A program made the position numbers and the translations under genes. A stretch of 64,000 nt of DNA, taken from an uncultured Chloroflexia bacterium (lineage in GTDB: Bacteria; Chloroflexota; Anaerolineae; Anaerolineales; UBA4823). Shown here in pieces: positions 17,460 through 26,552 of this stretch. The stretch spans positions 8,175 to 72,174 of the forward strand of contig CAVOGL010000005.1 in assembly GCA_963695415.1 (NCBI GenBank), written 5' to 3'. The notes under the pieces are model-generated. The model had not been told where the DNA came from, did no database searches, and saw nothing but the letters and a program-made list of their open reading frames with translations. Every line of letters starts with the position of its first letter. Position 1 is the stretch's first letter.

Positions 17460-18004
17460 TCATCTTTTTAGATGTGGATAGCGTTTATATAGGACTTGCA
17501 AATCCATTTGTATTTGCGCCTTGCTTTGACTATCAGGATTGAGCGTCAAAGCATTTTCAAACCATCTAATGGCTTGGACAGCCGCTGTTTCAACCGTCAA
17601 TCCAGTTCGGTCAATTGCTCCTTGCGAAAGCCTTTTGTCTATTTGGTCTTTGTTGGCAAAAAAGAGTTTCAGCAAATTCGCGACTTCATCTTCCTTATCT
17701 GACCAAGCGGCGCGTGTTATTAGGTTATATGATGTAGCCAATGCGTAAACTGATCTTATATCCTTTGGTCGAATTTCAACACACTTTTGTGTTGCCAAAA
17801 GAGCCTCAGTGTAGTAACCCAACTGTTGGTATTTGTCTGCAAGTGAATAATAAATTACCCATTCATCAGGATGTTTCTTTTTTGCGCGCTCCGCCGCCGC
17901 TACGAACTCTTCTGGAGTGTATCTGGAAGGGTCGCTAATTCTTTGCCCACTGTTTGGGCAAGGCGGAAGCTATCGGTTAAGCCCCATCGAATTATATTTG
18001 CCAT
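17460..18004 (-). pseudogene. TPR-like repeat protein, frameshifted near the N-terminus
   Basis: The ATG at 18004 (AGGAG 7 nt upstream) opens MANIIRWGLTDSFRLAQTVGKELATLPDTLQKSS then stops. The adjacent frame reads ...RYTPEEFVAAAERAKKKHPDEWVIYYSLADKYQQLGYYTEALL into ORF 17460-17822. The shift lies near 17915-17935. Confidence 0.65.
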
Positions 18005-18021
18005 TGCTTTGCTCCTTTGGC

Positions 18022-18510
18022 TTATTCGCCAGCCAACATATTTTTCATTTCATCAAGGCTTGAAGACTGTATAGCGCTCTCGTAATACTTCTGTTGTAAC
18101 TGCTTCATGTCCTTCGGCAAGCGTTCTACTCCTTCAACCCAATCTGGCATTTGTGTAGAGAGTTGTTCGACAACACCGCCGTACATCTTTTCGGCAATTT
18201 GACGCTCTTTTATGTACATGCTTCCTTGTCTGGTCGCTTGGATAGTGGCGGCGGCTCTTGCTAGAAAATATGGGTAGCCTTTTTGAAAAGTGCAACTCAA
18301 GGCAGAGAGAAAATAGGCGTTGGCTAAAAGAACATGAGCGTCCCCATCGTTCTTGTTACTTTTGATTGCCATTCGACACAGACGTATAATTTCCAAAATA
18401 GCGTTTACATATTGGGGACTACCACTTTCGTAATTACGAAGATTTCGGTAATACTCTGTGGCTTGATTGAAGGGGTGGTTTTTGGGCGAGCCGAAAAGTT
18501 TGTTTAGCAT
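18022..18510 (-). CDS. Hypothetical protein
   Basis: 162-aa ORF with GGAGGTCAA-ATG RBS. No family recognised. Confidence 0.55.
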   Translation of the reverse strand: MLNKLFGSPKNHPFNQATEYYRNLRNYESGSPQYVNAILEIIRLCRMAIKSNKNDGDAHVLLANAYFLSALSCTFQKGYPYFLARAAATIQATRQGSMYIKERQIAEKMYGGVVEQLSTQMPDWVEGVERLPKDMKQLQQKYYESAIQSSSLDEMKNMLAGE

Positions 18511-18584
18511 TTGACCTCCAAAGACGGTGCTTGTGTGCTGAATGATACGAAAACCATAAAAGATAATAAACCCAATATTTTTAA

Positions 18585-18938
18585 TTAATTACCTACCTTG
18601 TTGTATACAAGGTCGCCTTGACTGTCTGTGATTATTAGGGTGTTTTCGGTAACAGTAAATTTCAATCTAACGTCGCAACTTATTTGATTTTCACCACCAC
18701 ACGGTGATAGATAATGCAATGTAATCCTATCTCCGTCAGCAATAAATTCTCCATAAGAAACAACTTCCCCGTAAAAATAATCAGTAAACCGCCCATCTTT
18801 TGTAAATTCTATTTCAACATTTGGGTATTCTGTATCTTGCCAACGTCCGACTAATCCCAACCATGAGCCATCAACAAGGCATGATACAAGACTAAGGCTA
18901 ACGGTTATTACGAGGGCGTAAAGTATAGTTTTTCTCAT
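18585..18938 (-). CDS. Small lipoprotein, lipocalin-like
   Basis: The true start MRKTILYALVITVSLSLVSC (lipobox LVSC) is at 18938, after AGGAGCGAAACGA. The 68 upstream codons of ORF 18585-19142 overlap the attC-like repeat. Confidence 0.7.
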   Translation of the reverse strand: MRKTILYALVITVSLSLVSCLVDGSWLGLVGRWQDTEYPNVEIEFTKDGRFTDYFYGEVVSYGEFIADGDRITLHYLSPCGGENQISCDVRLKFTVTENTLIITDSQGDLVYNKVGN

Positions 18939-18974
18939 TCGTTTCGCTCCTTTTGGAAGTGCCGCCGAACGGTT

Positions 18975-19090
18975 GCATAACCAGCGGGGCGGGTTGGCTC
19001 CGAGCCATTCCTGAACCAGAGCCAAAGTTGGCAATTTCAGCCGAGTACTACCGGGGCGATTAGCCCCGTCCGGTGCTAGCAGGGTTAGGC
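18975..19090 (-). repeat. attC-like junction, family 2
   Basis: Minus strand: GCCTAACC ... hairpin TTGGCTC..GAGCCAA ... GGTTATGC. The cores pair with a single C-T mismatch. Ends 37 nt before the ATG at 18938. Confidence 0.55.
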
Positions 19091-19163
19091 GCAGACCAGG
19101 ACTATTGAGCAAAATACTCCAATACCATTGCTTTGAGTTCATTTGACATCATTTCAATCGGAA

Positions 19164-19790
19164 TTAGAAATGCCCGAAATGGGAATATTTGTGTATCTTT
19201 GGCACATTTGCAAACATATATGCTTGGGCTTCCGGGTATTCCATCCAATTCTCTTTTGTAATAAATGGCCCATCTCCGCCAAGATGTGTATCGAAAGGAT
19301 AGGGTATAACTTGTGTTTCTGCATCCAGTTGTGCTTTTAGGGTTCTGATTTGCCTGCCGACCGCATAACTTTTGCAGATTACTAATACGCTGAAGACGCT
19401 CTTGAAATCGTATATTCTCAATGCGTATTTCACATTTTCATATGTGTTCACAGATTGGGTTTCAATGAATATCTTTTCTTCTGGCACACCCAATTTTATC
19501 AATTCACGGCGAATAACTTCAGATTCAGCCTTCTTATCATCTTGCCACGTGTAATGTCGTAAGGCATCTAATTTATACCCACCTGTTACGACAATGTCTT
19601 GACCCAATCCTTTGAAAAATGCCTTTGCTCCATTCTCCCATAATCCAGGGTGAGAACCACCAAATATAAATATGATGTCACAGGGCTTTATTGCAATTGG
19701 TTGATCAAAAATTATCATCGTTATCTCATCTATGGCTGAGCGTGATAGCTTTGGTGGGGGTATATAATACGGAATATTTTTTTGGCTCAT
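19164..19790 (-). CDS. YdcF/ElyC/SanA (DUF218) family protein
   Basis: IIFIFGGSHPGLWENGAKAF...VVTGGY...IFIETQSVNTYENVKYAL...VLVICKSYAVGRQ is the DUF218 pattern. Confidence 0.75.
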   Translation of the reverse strand: MSQKNIPYYIPPPKLSRSAIDEITMIIFDQPIAIKPCDIIFIFGGSHPGLWENGAKAFFKGLGQDIVVTGGYKLDALRHYTWQDDKKAESEVIRRELIKLGVPEEKIFIETQSVNTYENVKYALRIYDFKSVFSVLVICKSYAVGRQIRTLKAQLDAETQVIPYPFDTHLGGDGPFITKENWMEYPEAQAYMFANVPKIHKYSHFGHF

Positions 19791-19818
19791 GTCTGAATAA
19801 AACCTTCTATCTCACTGC

Positions 19819-19959
19819 GCCCAACGCGTGATTTAGCGGATTGCATAACAGCTTATAAACGGTCCGTATAAATACCTATTCATTTTGGATATTATACGGC
19901 ACTCTATTTTTATCGGGAAAGAATTCCTCCTAATTTCTAACATGGAAGGACTGTTAGGC
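19819..19959 (-). repeat. Long attC-like repeat, family 1, copy A (occupies the attI position)
   Basis: Minus strand: GCCTAACAG ... CCGTATAA..TTATACGG ... CTGTTATGC then GTTGGGC, 29 nt before the ATG at 19790. The R'' end lies 15 nt from the intI stub. Confidence 0.55.
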
Positions 19960-19974
19960 TGCCAAACCCCCAAA

Positions 19975-20077
19975 ATGACTGGATCAAGTTCGTGAAATCC
20001 TGCGCATGAAGCACGATGCTTACCGCACCGAGCAGGCGTATATCGACTGGATCAAGCGCTACATCTTCTTCCATTAA
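19975..20077 (+). pseudogene. intI: Integron-integrase (IntI-type tyrosine recombinase) N-terminal remnant
   Basis: An ATG, one extra base, then LDQVREILRMKHDAYRTEQAYIDWIKRYIFFH followed by TAA. This matches the IntI N-terminal block (..R..HYS.RTEQAY..WI.R.I.FH). No catalytic domain follows. Confidence 0.65.
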
Positions 20078-20213
20078 AAACACGATCTCAATCACCAGAT
20101 CATCGACAGCGATGGCTTTGACCGAGAACGATCGGTTGACCGTCCTGCCTGACAAAGCATTTATAATCAAGTACTGGATTTAAGATTCATGGAAAGAAGC
20201 TTCGAGAATTAAT

Positions 20214-21023
20214 TTGCACATCCCGCCTGCGGACCACTACCAGGGCTTTGTTTTCGACCTGGATGGCACGATCTACCTGGGCGACAGCGCCCTCCCGGGG
20301 GCAGTGCAGGCAGTGGCATCCTTACGGCAGGGCGGCAAGCGCGTCGTCTTCATCACCAACAAGCCGCTCTCCACACGACAGGATTATGCACGAAAACTCA
20401 CCCGATTGGGCATCCCCACCAACCAGGATGAGATCATCACCTCTGCATTTGTACTGGGCAGTCATTTAGCTAAGAAGCTGCCAGAGCTGAATTATTACCT
20501 GGTTGGGGAAGAAAATCTGGCGATGGAGCTGCGCGGGTACGGGTTGAATATCCTGCCTGAGTTCAGCGACCAGGACCCAAAGCATGTTCTGGAAGTGAAA
20601 GAGGTCGATGCTCTCATTGTTGCTTTCGACCGCACCCTGGATTACCGCAAGCTGAACACCGCCTACCAGGCGCTGGTCGGAGGCGCGCGGTTCTTCGCCA
20701 CCAACGCCGACAAGACCTGCCCCATGCCCGGCGGGGCAATCCCGGACGCCGGAGCTACGATCACCGCGCTGGAACACCTGACAGGGCGGCAGGTTGAGAT
20801 TTTGGGGGGAAAACCATCCCCTCTGATGATGCAGGTGGCGGCGGAAACCCTGCAGCTGTCCCCGGACCGCTGTCTGCTGGTGGGTGACCGTCTGGAGACA
20901 GACATGCGCATGGGTCAGAATGCCGGTTTTGCTACCGCGTTGGTGCTTACCGGAGTGACGCGCAGGGACGACCTGGAGGGATTTCACCCCACCGCCCAGT
21001 TACATTTTCTCCAACCTGTTTGA
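20214..21023 (+). CDS. HAD-IIA family hydrolase (NagD-like sugar phosphatase)
   Basis: FVFDLDGTIYLG, VFITNK, GKPSP, LLVGDRLETDMRMGQNAG. The last 14 codons look shifted, because the alternative frame gives DFTPPPSYIFSNLFELISS ending at 21039. Confidence 0.8.
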   Translation: MHIPPADHYQGFVFDLDGTIYLGDSALPGAVQAVASLRQGGKRVVFITNKPLSTRQDYARKLTRLGIPTNQDEIITSAFVLGSHLAKKLPELNYYLVGEENLAMELRGYGLNILPEFSDQDPKHVLEVKEVDALIVAFDRTLDYRKLNTAYQALVGGARFFATNADKTCPMPGGAIPDAGATITALEHLTGRQVEILGGKPSPLMMQVAAETLQLSPDRCLLVGDRLETDMRMGQNAGFATALVLTGVTRRDDLEGFHPTAQLHFLQPV

Positions 21024-21121
21024 ACTCATTTCCAGTTGAAATGATCAGGCTGCTTTTTTAACATGGACACAAACTTACCATCCGGTCAGAAAGTGTAAGC
21101 ATTACGGCTTATAATTTGGTT

Positions 21122-21751
21122 ATGCCCGCACTGGATAAAATTGCCTATTATCAGAACCGGCGCGATGAAGTCCCCAACCAGGAACTGGCGCGCGAGCTGG
21201 CTGAACAGGAAGATCGTGCCGGGATTGGTGAGATCGCTGAAAACCTTTGGAACCAGGAACCAAACGTGCAGAGCGACTGCCTGAAGGTTCTTTACGAGAT
21301 CGGTTATCTCAAACCAGAGTTAATCGCAGGTTACTGGCAGGATTTCATCAAGCTACTCGGCAGCAAGAATAACCGCCTCGTTTGGGGCGCAATGATCGCC
21401 CTCTCGACCATCTCCCAACTGAAGCCAGATGAACTTTTCACGGAGATTGAGACGATCAGGAAGGCAGTCAACTCCGGCAGCGTGATCACCATCGACGCCG
21501 GGATACTCACCCTGGCAAAGATCGCCGCGCACAGCCCCGGTTACAACCAGGCGATCTTCCCTTTCCTCCTCCAGCACCTTGAAGGCTGCAGAACAAAGGA
21601 TGTACCCCGGCATGCTGAAATGATACAGATTGCCGTGAGTGGTTCGCAGAAGGATGCTTTCACCAATGTCCTGGAAAGCAGGCTTCCAGAAATGACACCT
21701 GCCCAGGGCAAGCGTGTGAAAAGTGTCCTGTCAGTGGTACAGAAGAAGTGA
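21122..21751 (+). CDS. Hypothetical protein, helical-repeat (HEAT-like)
   Basis: ORF 21116-21751 with an ATG at 21122. No confident family call. Confidence 0.5.
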   Translation: MPALDKIAYYQNRRDEVPNQELARELAEQEDRAGIGEIAENLWNQEPNVQSDCLKVLYEIGYLKPELIAGYWQDFIKLLGSKNNRLVWGAMIALSTISQLKPDELFTEIETIRKAVNSGSVITIDAGILTLAKIAAHSPGYNQAIFPFLLQHLEGCRTKDVPRHAEMIQIAVSGSQKDAFTNVLESRLPEMTPAQGKRVKSVLSVVQKK

Positions 21752-21890
21752 TCTCAGGCACAAATCCAGACTTCATATCTCGATCAACTTATGGAATGTG
21801 GATTTCTGCCGGCATTTCCTATCCTGGAGGATGGGAATTAATTTTGAAACCTAATTGACTCCAAGGAAGATTCCATGAGCGAGGTGAAAT

Positions 21891-22226
21891 ATGGCATATG
21901 ACGAACAGCTGGCGAAGAGAATTGAAGGTTTACTTCAGAAAATCGATCCTCCAGGATTGACATCGAAGAAGATGTTTGGCGGGATCGGTTACCTCGTCCA
22001 CGGGAACATGGCTTGCGGGGTGCATAAACAGGATATGATGGTGCGAACCGGTCCTGACCTGTACGAAACCGCCATGGGAAAACCGCACACGCGCGTATTC
22101 GATATGACCGGAAAGGTCATGACTGGCTGGGTGGTTGTTGAGGGAGAAGGTGTGGCGTCGGACCAGGTCCTGGAAGAGTGGGTAAAAATGGGGCTCGCAT
22201 ATGCCCTTTCTTTGCCGGCAAAATGA
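21891..22226 (+). CDS. TfoX/Sxy N-terminal domain protein
   Basis: KKMFGGIGYLVHGNMACGV...MVRTGPD...MTGWVVV is the TfoX_N pattern. Confidence 0.75.
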   Translation: MAYDEQLAKRIEGLLQKIDPPGLTSKKMFGGIGYLVHGNMACGVHKQDMMVRTGPDLYETAMGKPHTRVFDMTGKVMTGWVVVEGEGVASDQVLEEWVKMGLAYALSLPAK

Positions 22227-22281
22227 ATGAACATCCTCCCCAAAAGGATTTTGTAGACCCTTTGGGTCTTCTTATGACCCA

Positions 22282-23300
22282 ATGAAAACATTCGAAAAAT
22301 TAACGCTCCAGGGTCAGATCCGGCGGATGAGGTCACTCGCCTGGAAAGCGCTGGATTCATATCCTTTGAATATCAACAAAGTATCCTATCTAGGCTGGTA
22401 CACCAACCTGCTCTTTCGAATTTGGACCGGCGAAGGAAGGTCTCTGGTTCTGCGCGTCTGCGCACCAGGTTGGCGCAGCGACCTTGATCTGCAATCGGAG
22501 GCAGCGTGGCTTGAAGCGTTGGCAGCAGATGCTGATATCCGCGCCCCTCAACCAATCGCCGATAAATCAGGCAAATACCTTGTAGATGTGGAAGTCCCGG
22601 GAGTCCCAGGCAGCAGACGCTGCATGTTGATGAGCTGGATCCCCGGCGTTCCCCTGGGAAAACACTTAAATGAAGAAAACCTGGCATTGATGGGGGAATT
22701 GTTCGCCAGGTTACATGATTTCAGCGCTGGATTTCAACCAGATAACGACTTTACGGACCGTAAATTGGACAAAGTCCTCGCCCGCGATGAAGAAGACGTG
22801 CTTTTTAGCGAAACCTGTTTGACATGGCGCTTGATCCTACCCATCAACATCTTCTCCTGCAGGTCAGAGTGATCGTGGAACAGGCTTACGCCAATCTTTA
22901 CGCGCAGAAAGACGGCTTGCGCGTGATCCACCACGACCTGTGGCATGACAACATCCACATTTCCCGCGCCAGGCTGTATCCCCTGGACTTCGAGGACACT
23001 GCCTGGGGGTATCCGGTCCAGGACCTGGCAATGGCGCTGCAGGACCTGATGAATGATGTCGAACCACAGCTTTACGAACCTTATGCCGCCGCATTACGCC
23101 GCGGCTATGAAAGCCTGTCAACCTGGCCCGAAACCTACGAGGGTCAGATCGACATCTTCCGCGCAGGCAGAATGCTATGGGTGGCGAATTTCGTTGCCGG
23201 GTTCCAGAATGAACACCTGGATGGATTTCTCAGCAGGATCCAGCCCATGCTGGAATCATTTCTTGAGACAGGAAAATTACGGAAAATCAAACCAAACTGA
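22282..23300 (+). pseudogene. Aminoglycoside/choline-kinase-fold phosphotransferase (APH family), frameshifted
   Basis: ORF 22282-22872 ends in nonsense after ...DEEDVLFSE. The next frame gives NLFDMALDPTHQHLLLQVRVIVEQAY...VIHHDLWHDNI (Brenner motif) through ORF 22824-23300. The shift lies near 22805-22825. Confidence 0.75.
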
Positions 23301-23315
23301 TAAGAGGAAAAAATC

Positions 23316-25211
23316 ATGCAAAAAAGAAGCACCGAAATTGTCGTCTGTGGTGTGCCGTTCGGTACAACGCACGAAAAAGATGCCCTGATGCAGTTAAAAG
23401 ACATGGGCACTACCTCCATCCAGATCTACACCTTCTGGAGAGAATTTGAACCCACCAGCCGGGGCGCTTTCGATTGGAGCATCTATGACCGGCAGGTTGA
23501 AGCCATCCAGAAAGCCGGTCTGAAATACCTGCCGTTCATTCTGATGGGACCCAAATACGCTGCTCCTTCCTGGTGGTTGGAGCATCCAAACCACACAGGG
23601 TTGCGCTGCCTGGAACACGGAAAACTCAGCCCGATCGAATCGATCTGGAACGAGAAATTCGAGGTGGAAATCAGCCGTGTGCTCGAAGCCTTTGCCAACC
23701 ATTACCTGCCCATGGACGTCCTCGAAGCGGTCATGCCCGGGATCTGCGGCGATTATGGCGAGGCGATCATGCCAGTCACCGGCAACTGGCCCGGTGATTA
23801 CCACACTCACCTGGGCTATTGGTGCGCGGGCGAGGATGCGAAAAATAATTTTCGTATCCGGTTGGAAGAAAAATACCAGGGATTAGATAAATTGAACTCC
23901 GCCTGGCGCTCGCATTACAAATCATTTGACGAAATTAACCCATTCCTGCCCCACCGGGCGCCATCGAGAACAGCCTGGTTTGATTTCCTGCAGTGGTACC
24001 GGGGATCGATGACGGATTACGCTGAATTTTGGATGGCTGAATGCAGACGCCTGTTCCCGGAAACGCGGGTGTATATGTGCACGGGAGGCGAAGAAGAACC
24101 GCAGCACGCTTCCCTGTTCAGTGACCAGGCGAAGATTGCTGCACGGCATGATGGTGGTATCCGTCTGACGAACGAGGGCAACCGCTTTTACGATAATTAT
24201 TACCTGACCGCCTACACCTGGAGCGTGTGCAAATTCTATGGCGCTGACCTTGGACTCGAACCGGTTGGACCGATCACAGAGAATGGCGTGCGAACCCGCA
24301 TCTTTGGCTCAGCCGCTTACGGGAATCCCCAGATGTTCCACTACTACGGCAATCTCTTCGGAGAAGGCGCACAGCCTCTGCCTGGAGCAGAAGCTTTCAG
24401 GGACAACATTCACCTGGTCAAAGAATCCCCACTGCCGCCAGCCGTCGCTTTCTTCTGGCCCGGAGACACCTTCGCCTGGAAAATGGAGCAGCAGCTGCCC
24501 GGTGAAATCCCCGAAGGGTTGAATAAAGCGCTGGCATTCATCCGCCGGCAGGTGGTGTGTATGCCTGTCAATGAAGAAATGATCCTGGATGGGTGCCTGG
24601 AACAGTACAAACTCCTCGTCATTGCCATGCCAGCCTTCACACGGAGAGAAGTTCTCAAGAAAATCGCTGACTGGGTCGCGAATGGCGGTACTGTACTCGC
24701 TGCAGGCAGACTCCTGGACCTGGAACTCGAGCCGGTCGAAGAATTTGACGCCTTATTTGGTATCCTGCCCACATCGGAGCAGACAACGGGGCATGTTAAT
24801 TTATACGTAGCCGACCTCCCGGATTACCCGGATTTCTCCAGGATTGGTTCATTCCACTCATTGATCACATGGATGGACCTTGCCCCAGACACAGAATTAC
24901 TGGCAGTCACGCAAGAAAGCGCCGGTTATGCCGGAACACGAATCCATAAAGTCGCCGCCGCTTTCCAACGCAAATCAGGAACTGGCATGGGCATTTATTA
25001 CAGTGGTCCGGTGGCAATGGAAGAAGATGCGGAAGCCATTTTTTACGATCCGGGCACGTTCAAGGCTCTCCTCAAAGACGTCATTAATTTGTACAGCCAG
25101 GTTGAAATTTTTAACCTGGAAGAAGGCGAGGTTGCCAGGGCGAGGATAGGCGCTGAATTATATTCCCTGGGTGAGTCAGGGATTCTAAAAGTCACTCCCC
25201 AGGAGAGTTAG
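23316..25211 (+). CDS. Glycoside hydrolase, TIM-barrel GH42/GH14-like
   Basis: 631 aa. IQIYTFWREFEPTSRGAFDWSIYDRQVEAIQKAGLKYLPFI is a GH42-like N-terminus. The family call is tentative. Confidence 0.55.
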   Translation: MQKRSTEIVVCGVPFGTTHEKDALMQLKDMGTTSIQIYTFWREFEPTSRGAFDWSIYDRQVEAIQKAGLKYLPFILMGPKYAAPSWWLEHPNHTGLRCLEHGKLSPIESIWNEKFEVEISRVLEAFANHYLPMDVLEAVMPGICGDYGEAIMPVTGNWPGDYHTHLGYWCAGEDAKNNFRIRLEEKYQGLDKLNSAWRSHYKSFDEINPFLPHRAPSRTAWFDFLQWYRGSMTDYAEFWMAECRRLFPETRVYMCTGGEEEPQHASLFSDQAKIAARHDGGIRLTNEGNRFYDNYYLTAYTWSVCKFYGADLGLEPVGPITENGVRTRIFGSAAYGNPQMFHYYGNLFGEGAQPLPGAEAFRDNIHLVKESPLPPAVAFFWPGDTFAWKMEQQLPGEIPEGLNKALAFIRRQVVCMPVNEEMILDGCLEQYKLLVIAMPAFTRREVLKKIADWVANGGTVLAAGRLLDLELEPVEEFDALFGILPTSEQTTGHVNLYVADLPDYPDFSRIGSFHSLITWMDLAPDTELLAVTQESAGYAGTRIHKVAAAFQRKSGTGMGIYYSGPVAMEEDAEAIFYDPGTFKALLKDVINLYSQVEIFNLEEGEVARARIGAELYSLGESGILKVTPQES

Positions 25212-25236
25212 CAATTAACTCGAAACACCGGAAATC

Positions 25237-26418
25237 TCACGGACGCGTCAGAAGCGGGAGATAAACCGGCTCCCAGGCGGCTTCGAAAGCGCCGATATCA
25301 CAGGCGCTGGAGTTAAAAGATGGTCGGGGAAAGCCTCTCTGGTCCACATTGGGACAGGAGATGGCATTTCCCCCGACGCCTGCAGCATTGAAGGCCGGGC
25401 TTCCAGCCATTAGTGCATGGGTCAGTGTATCTCCACCGTTATCGGCGAGTGGTCCGAGTTTTGGATCAGCTACCTGGAGACCGGCGCCGCAGGAAGAATC
25501 ACTGCTGATACTGTGGTGACCTGTCGCCAAAGCGACATTACAGGCAGTATTCCCTGCCCCCGCTGTGAGGATTGAATTATAAATCTCCAGGTTCCAGTTT
25601 ACGGATGTGTACACCGCCCAACCCGAAGTGGATTCGATGATATTGTTATTGGTGATCGTGGAGTAATGGATTTTTAAGTCACCGTTATTCCATTGAGAAA
25701 TCCCACCACCGTTATATAACGCAGTATTTCCACTGACGGTTACATTGACTAATGTAGCCGTATTTCCGTTGGTAAATCCCCCGCCGAACTCAGCAGTATT
25801 CCCTGAAATCAAAACCCGTTCCAGATGTACACTGCCAAATTGAGACTGGTAAATCCCACCTCCGTCACCACCAGTCTGGTTGCCGGTGAACTGCGAGTCC
25901 GCAGCGGTGAGGTTCCCAATGGTAAAAATCCCGCCACCCAGAACAAACCCATCCCCCAGATTATCGCGTACAGCAACATGGTCCAGATCCAAACTGATTT
26001 GTTCCCCTAAAACCTGGATCCCCGCGCCAAGATTGTTTTCAGGCAGTTTGCCGTGGCGGATGGTTAAGTCGGATACTGTGACCTTATATTCAGCATCGTT
26101 AAGCAAATCCAGAACACGGTCAATGCCTTCTTCAGTCGATGCCCCAGCCTGGATGATCGTTTGATCGATACCCTCACCTGCCAGGTTCAGGGACACAAGG
26201 ATGTCAAGGTCACCGGTGGCATTTTCATCCTCGTCCATGCCATCAATGGTGAGTTCGTAGACACCAACAGGCACCTGGATGGTGTAGGTGTTTGAAGGAT
26301 CTGCATTCGCCTTGCTGATCGCCCCGCGGAGGCTGCAGTCATTTTCGGAGGATGTACAAGCGCTTTTTGCTGGATCATCAACTGTGGTATCAACCTGTAT
26401 GATTAAAGTCTGCAGCAA
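25237..26418 (-). CDS. CSLREA-domain / choice-of-anchor-Q beta-helix protein (signal peptide apparently out of frame)
   Basis: ACTSSENDCSLRGAISKANADPSNTYTIQVPVGVYEL is the CSLREA motif; C-terminal NVDQRGFPRP...CDIGAFE. A signal-peptide-like LRLVSFLLLLTIILSSFSNSIAAD sits upstream in another frame (about 26420-26480). Confidence 0.7.
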   Translation of the reverse strand: MLQTLIIQVDTTVDDPAKSACTSSENDCSLRGAISKANADPSNTYTIQVPVGVYELTIDGMDEDENATGDLDILVSLNLAGEGIDQTIIQAGASTEEGIDRVLDLLNDAEYKVTVSDLTIRHGKLPENNLGAGIQVLGEQISLDLDHVAVRDNLGDGFVLGGGIFTIGNLTAADSQFTGNQTGGDGGGIYQSQFGSVHLERVLISGNTAEFGGGFTNGNTATLVNVTVSGNTALYNGGGISQWNNGDLKIHYSTITNNNIIESTSGWAVYTSVNWNLEIYNSILTAGAGNTACNVALATGHHSISSDSSCGAGLQVADPKLGPLADNGGDTLTHALMAGSPAFNAAGVGGNAISCPNVDQRGFPRPSFNSSACDIGAFEAAWEPVYLPLLTRP

Positions 26419-26552
26419 TCGAGTTTGAAAAAGATGAAAGGATTATGGTCAGGAGCAGGAGAAAACTGACTAAACGAAGCAAGAATTTTTGACTTAAAAT
26501 TTTTCCTTTTCTGGATTCAAAATTATTATTTCCGAAATCGGAGGTTGTTATC

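Larger units (their letters stand above)
8740..20077 (-). mobile_element. Integron-like gene-cassette array (attC-type junctions, minus strand) with a decayed divergent intI stub
   Basis: Eight junctions carry RYYYAAC at or near the upstream stop and GTTRRRY 18-100 nt before the next start, and the two cores can pair. Base composition is mosaic. An IntI N-terminal fragment at 19975-20077 faces away from the array. Confidence 0.6.

Noticed and set aside
18939-19142. 68-codon N-terminal extension of ORF 18585-19142
   Set aside because: The extension covers the attC-like repeat 18975-19090 and has no RBS. The internal ATG at 18938 has AGGAG upstream and opens a canonical lipoprotein signal peptide.
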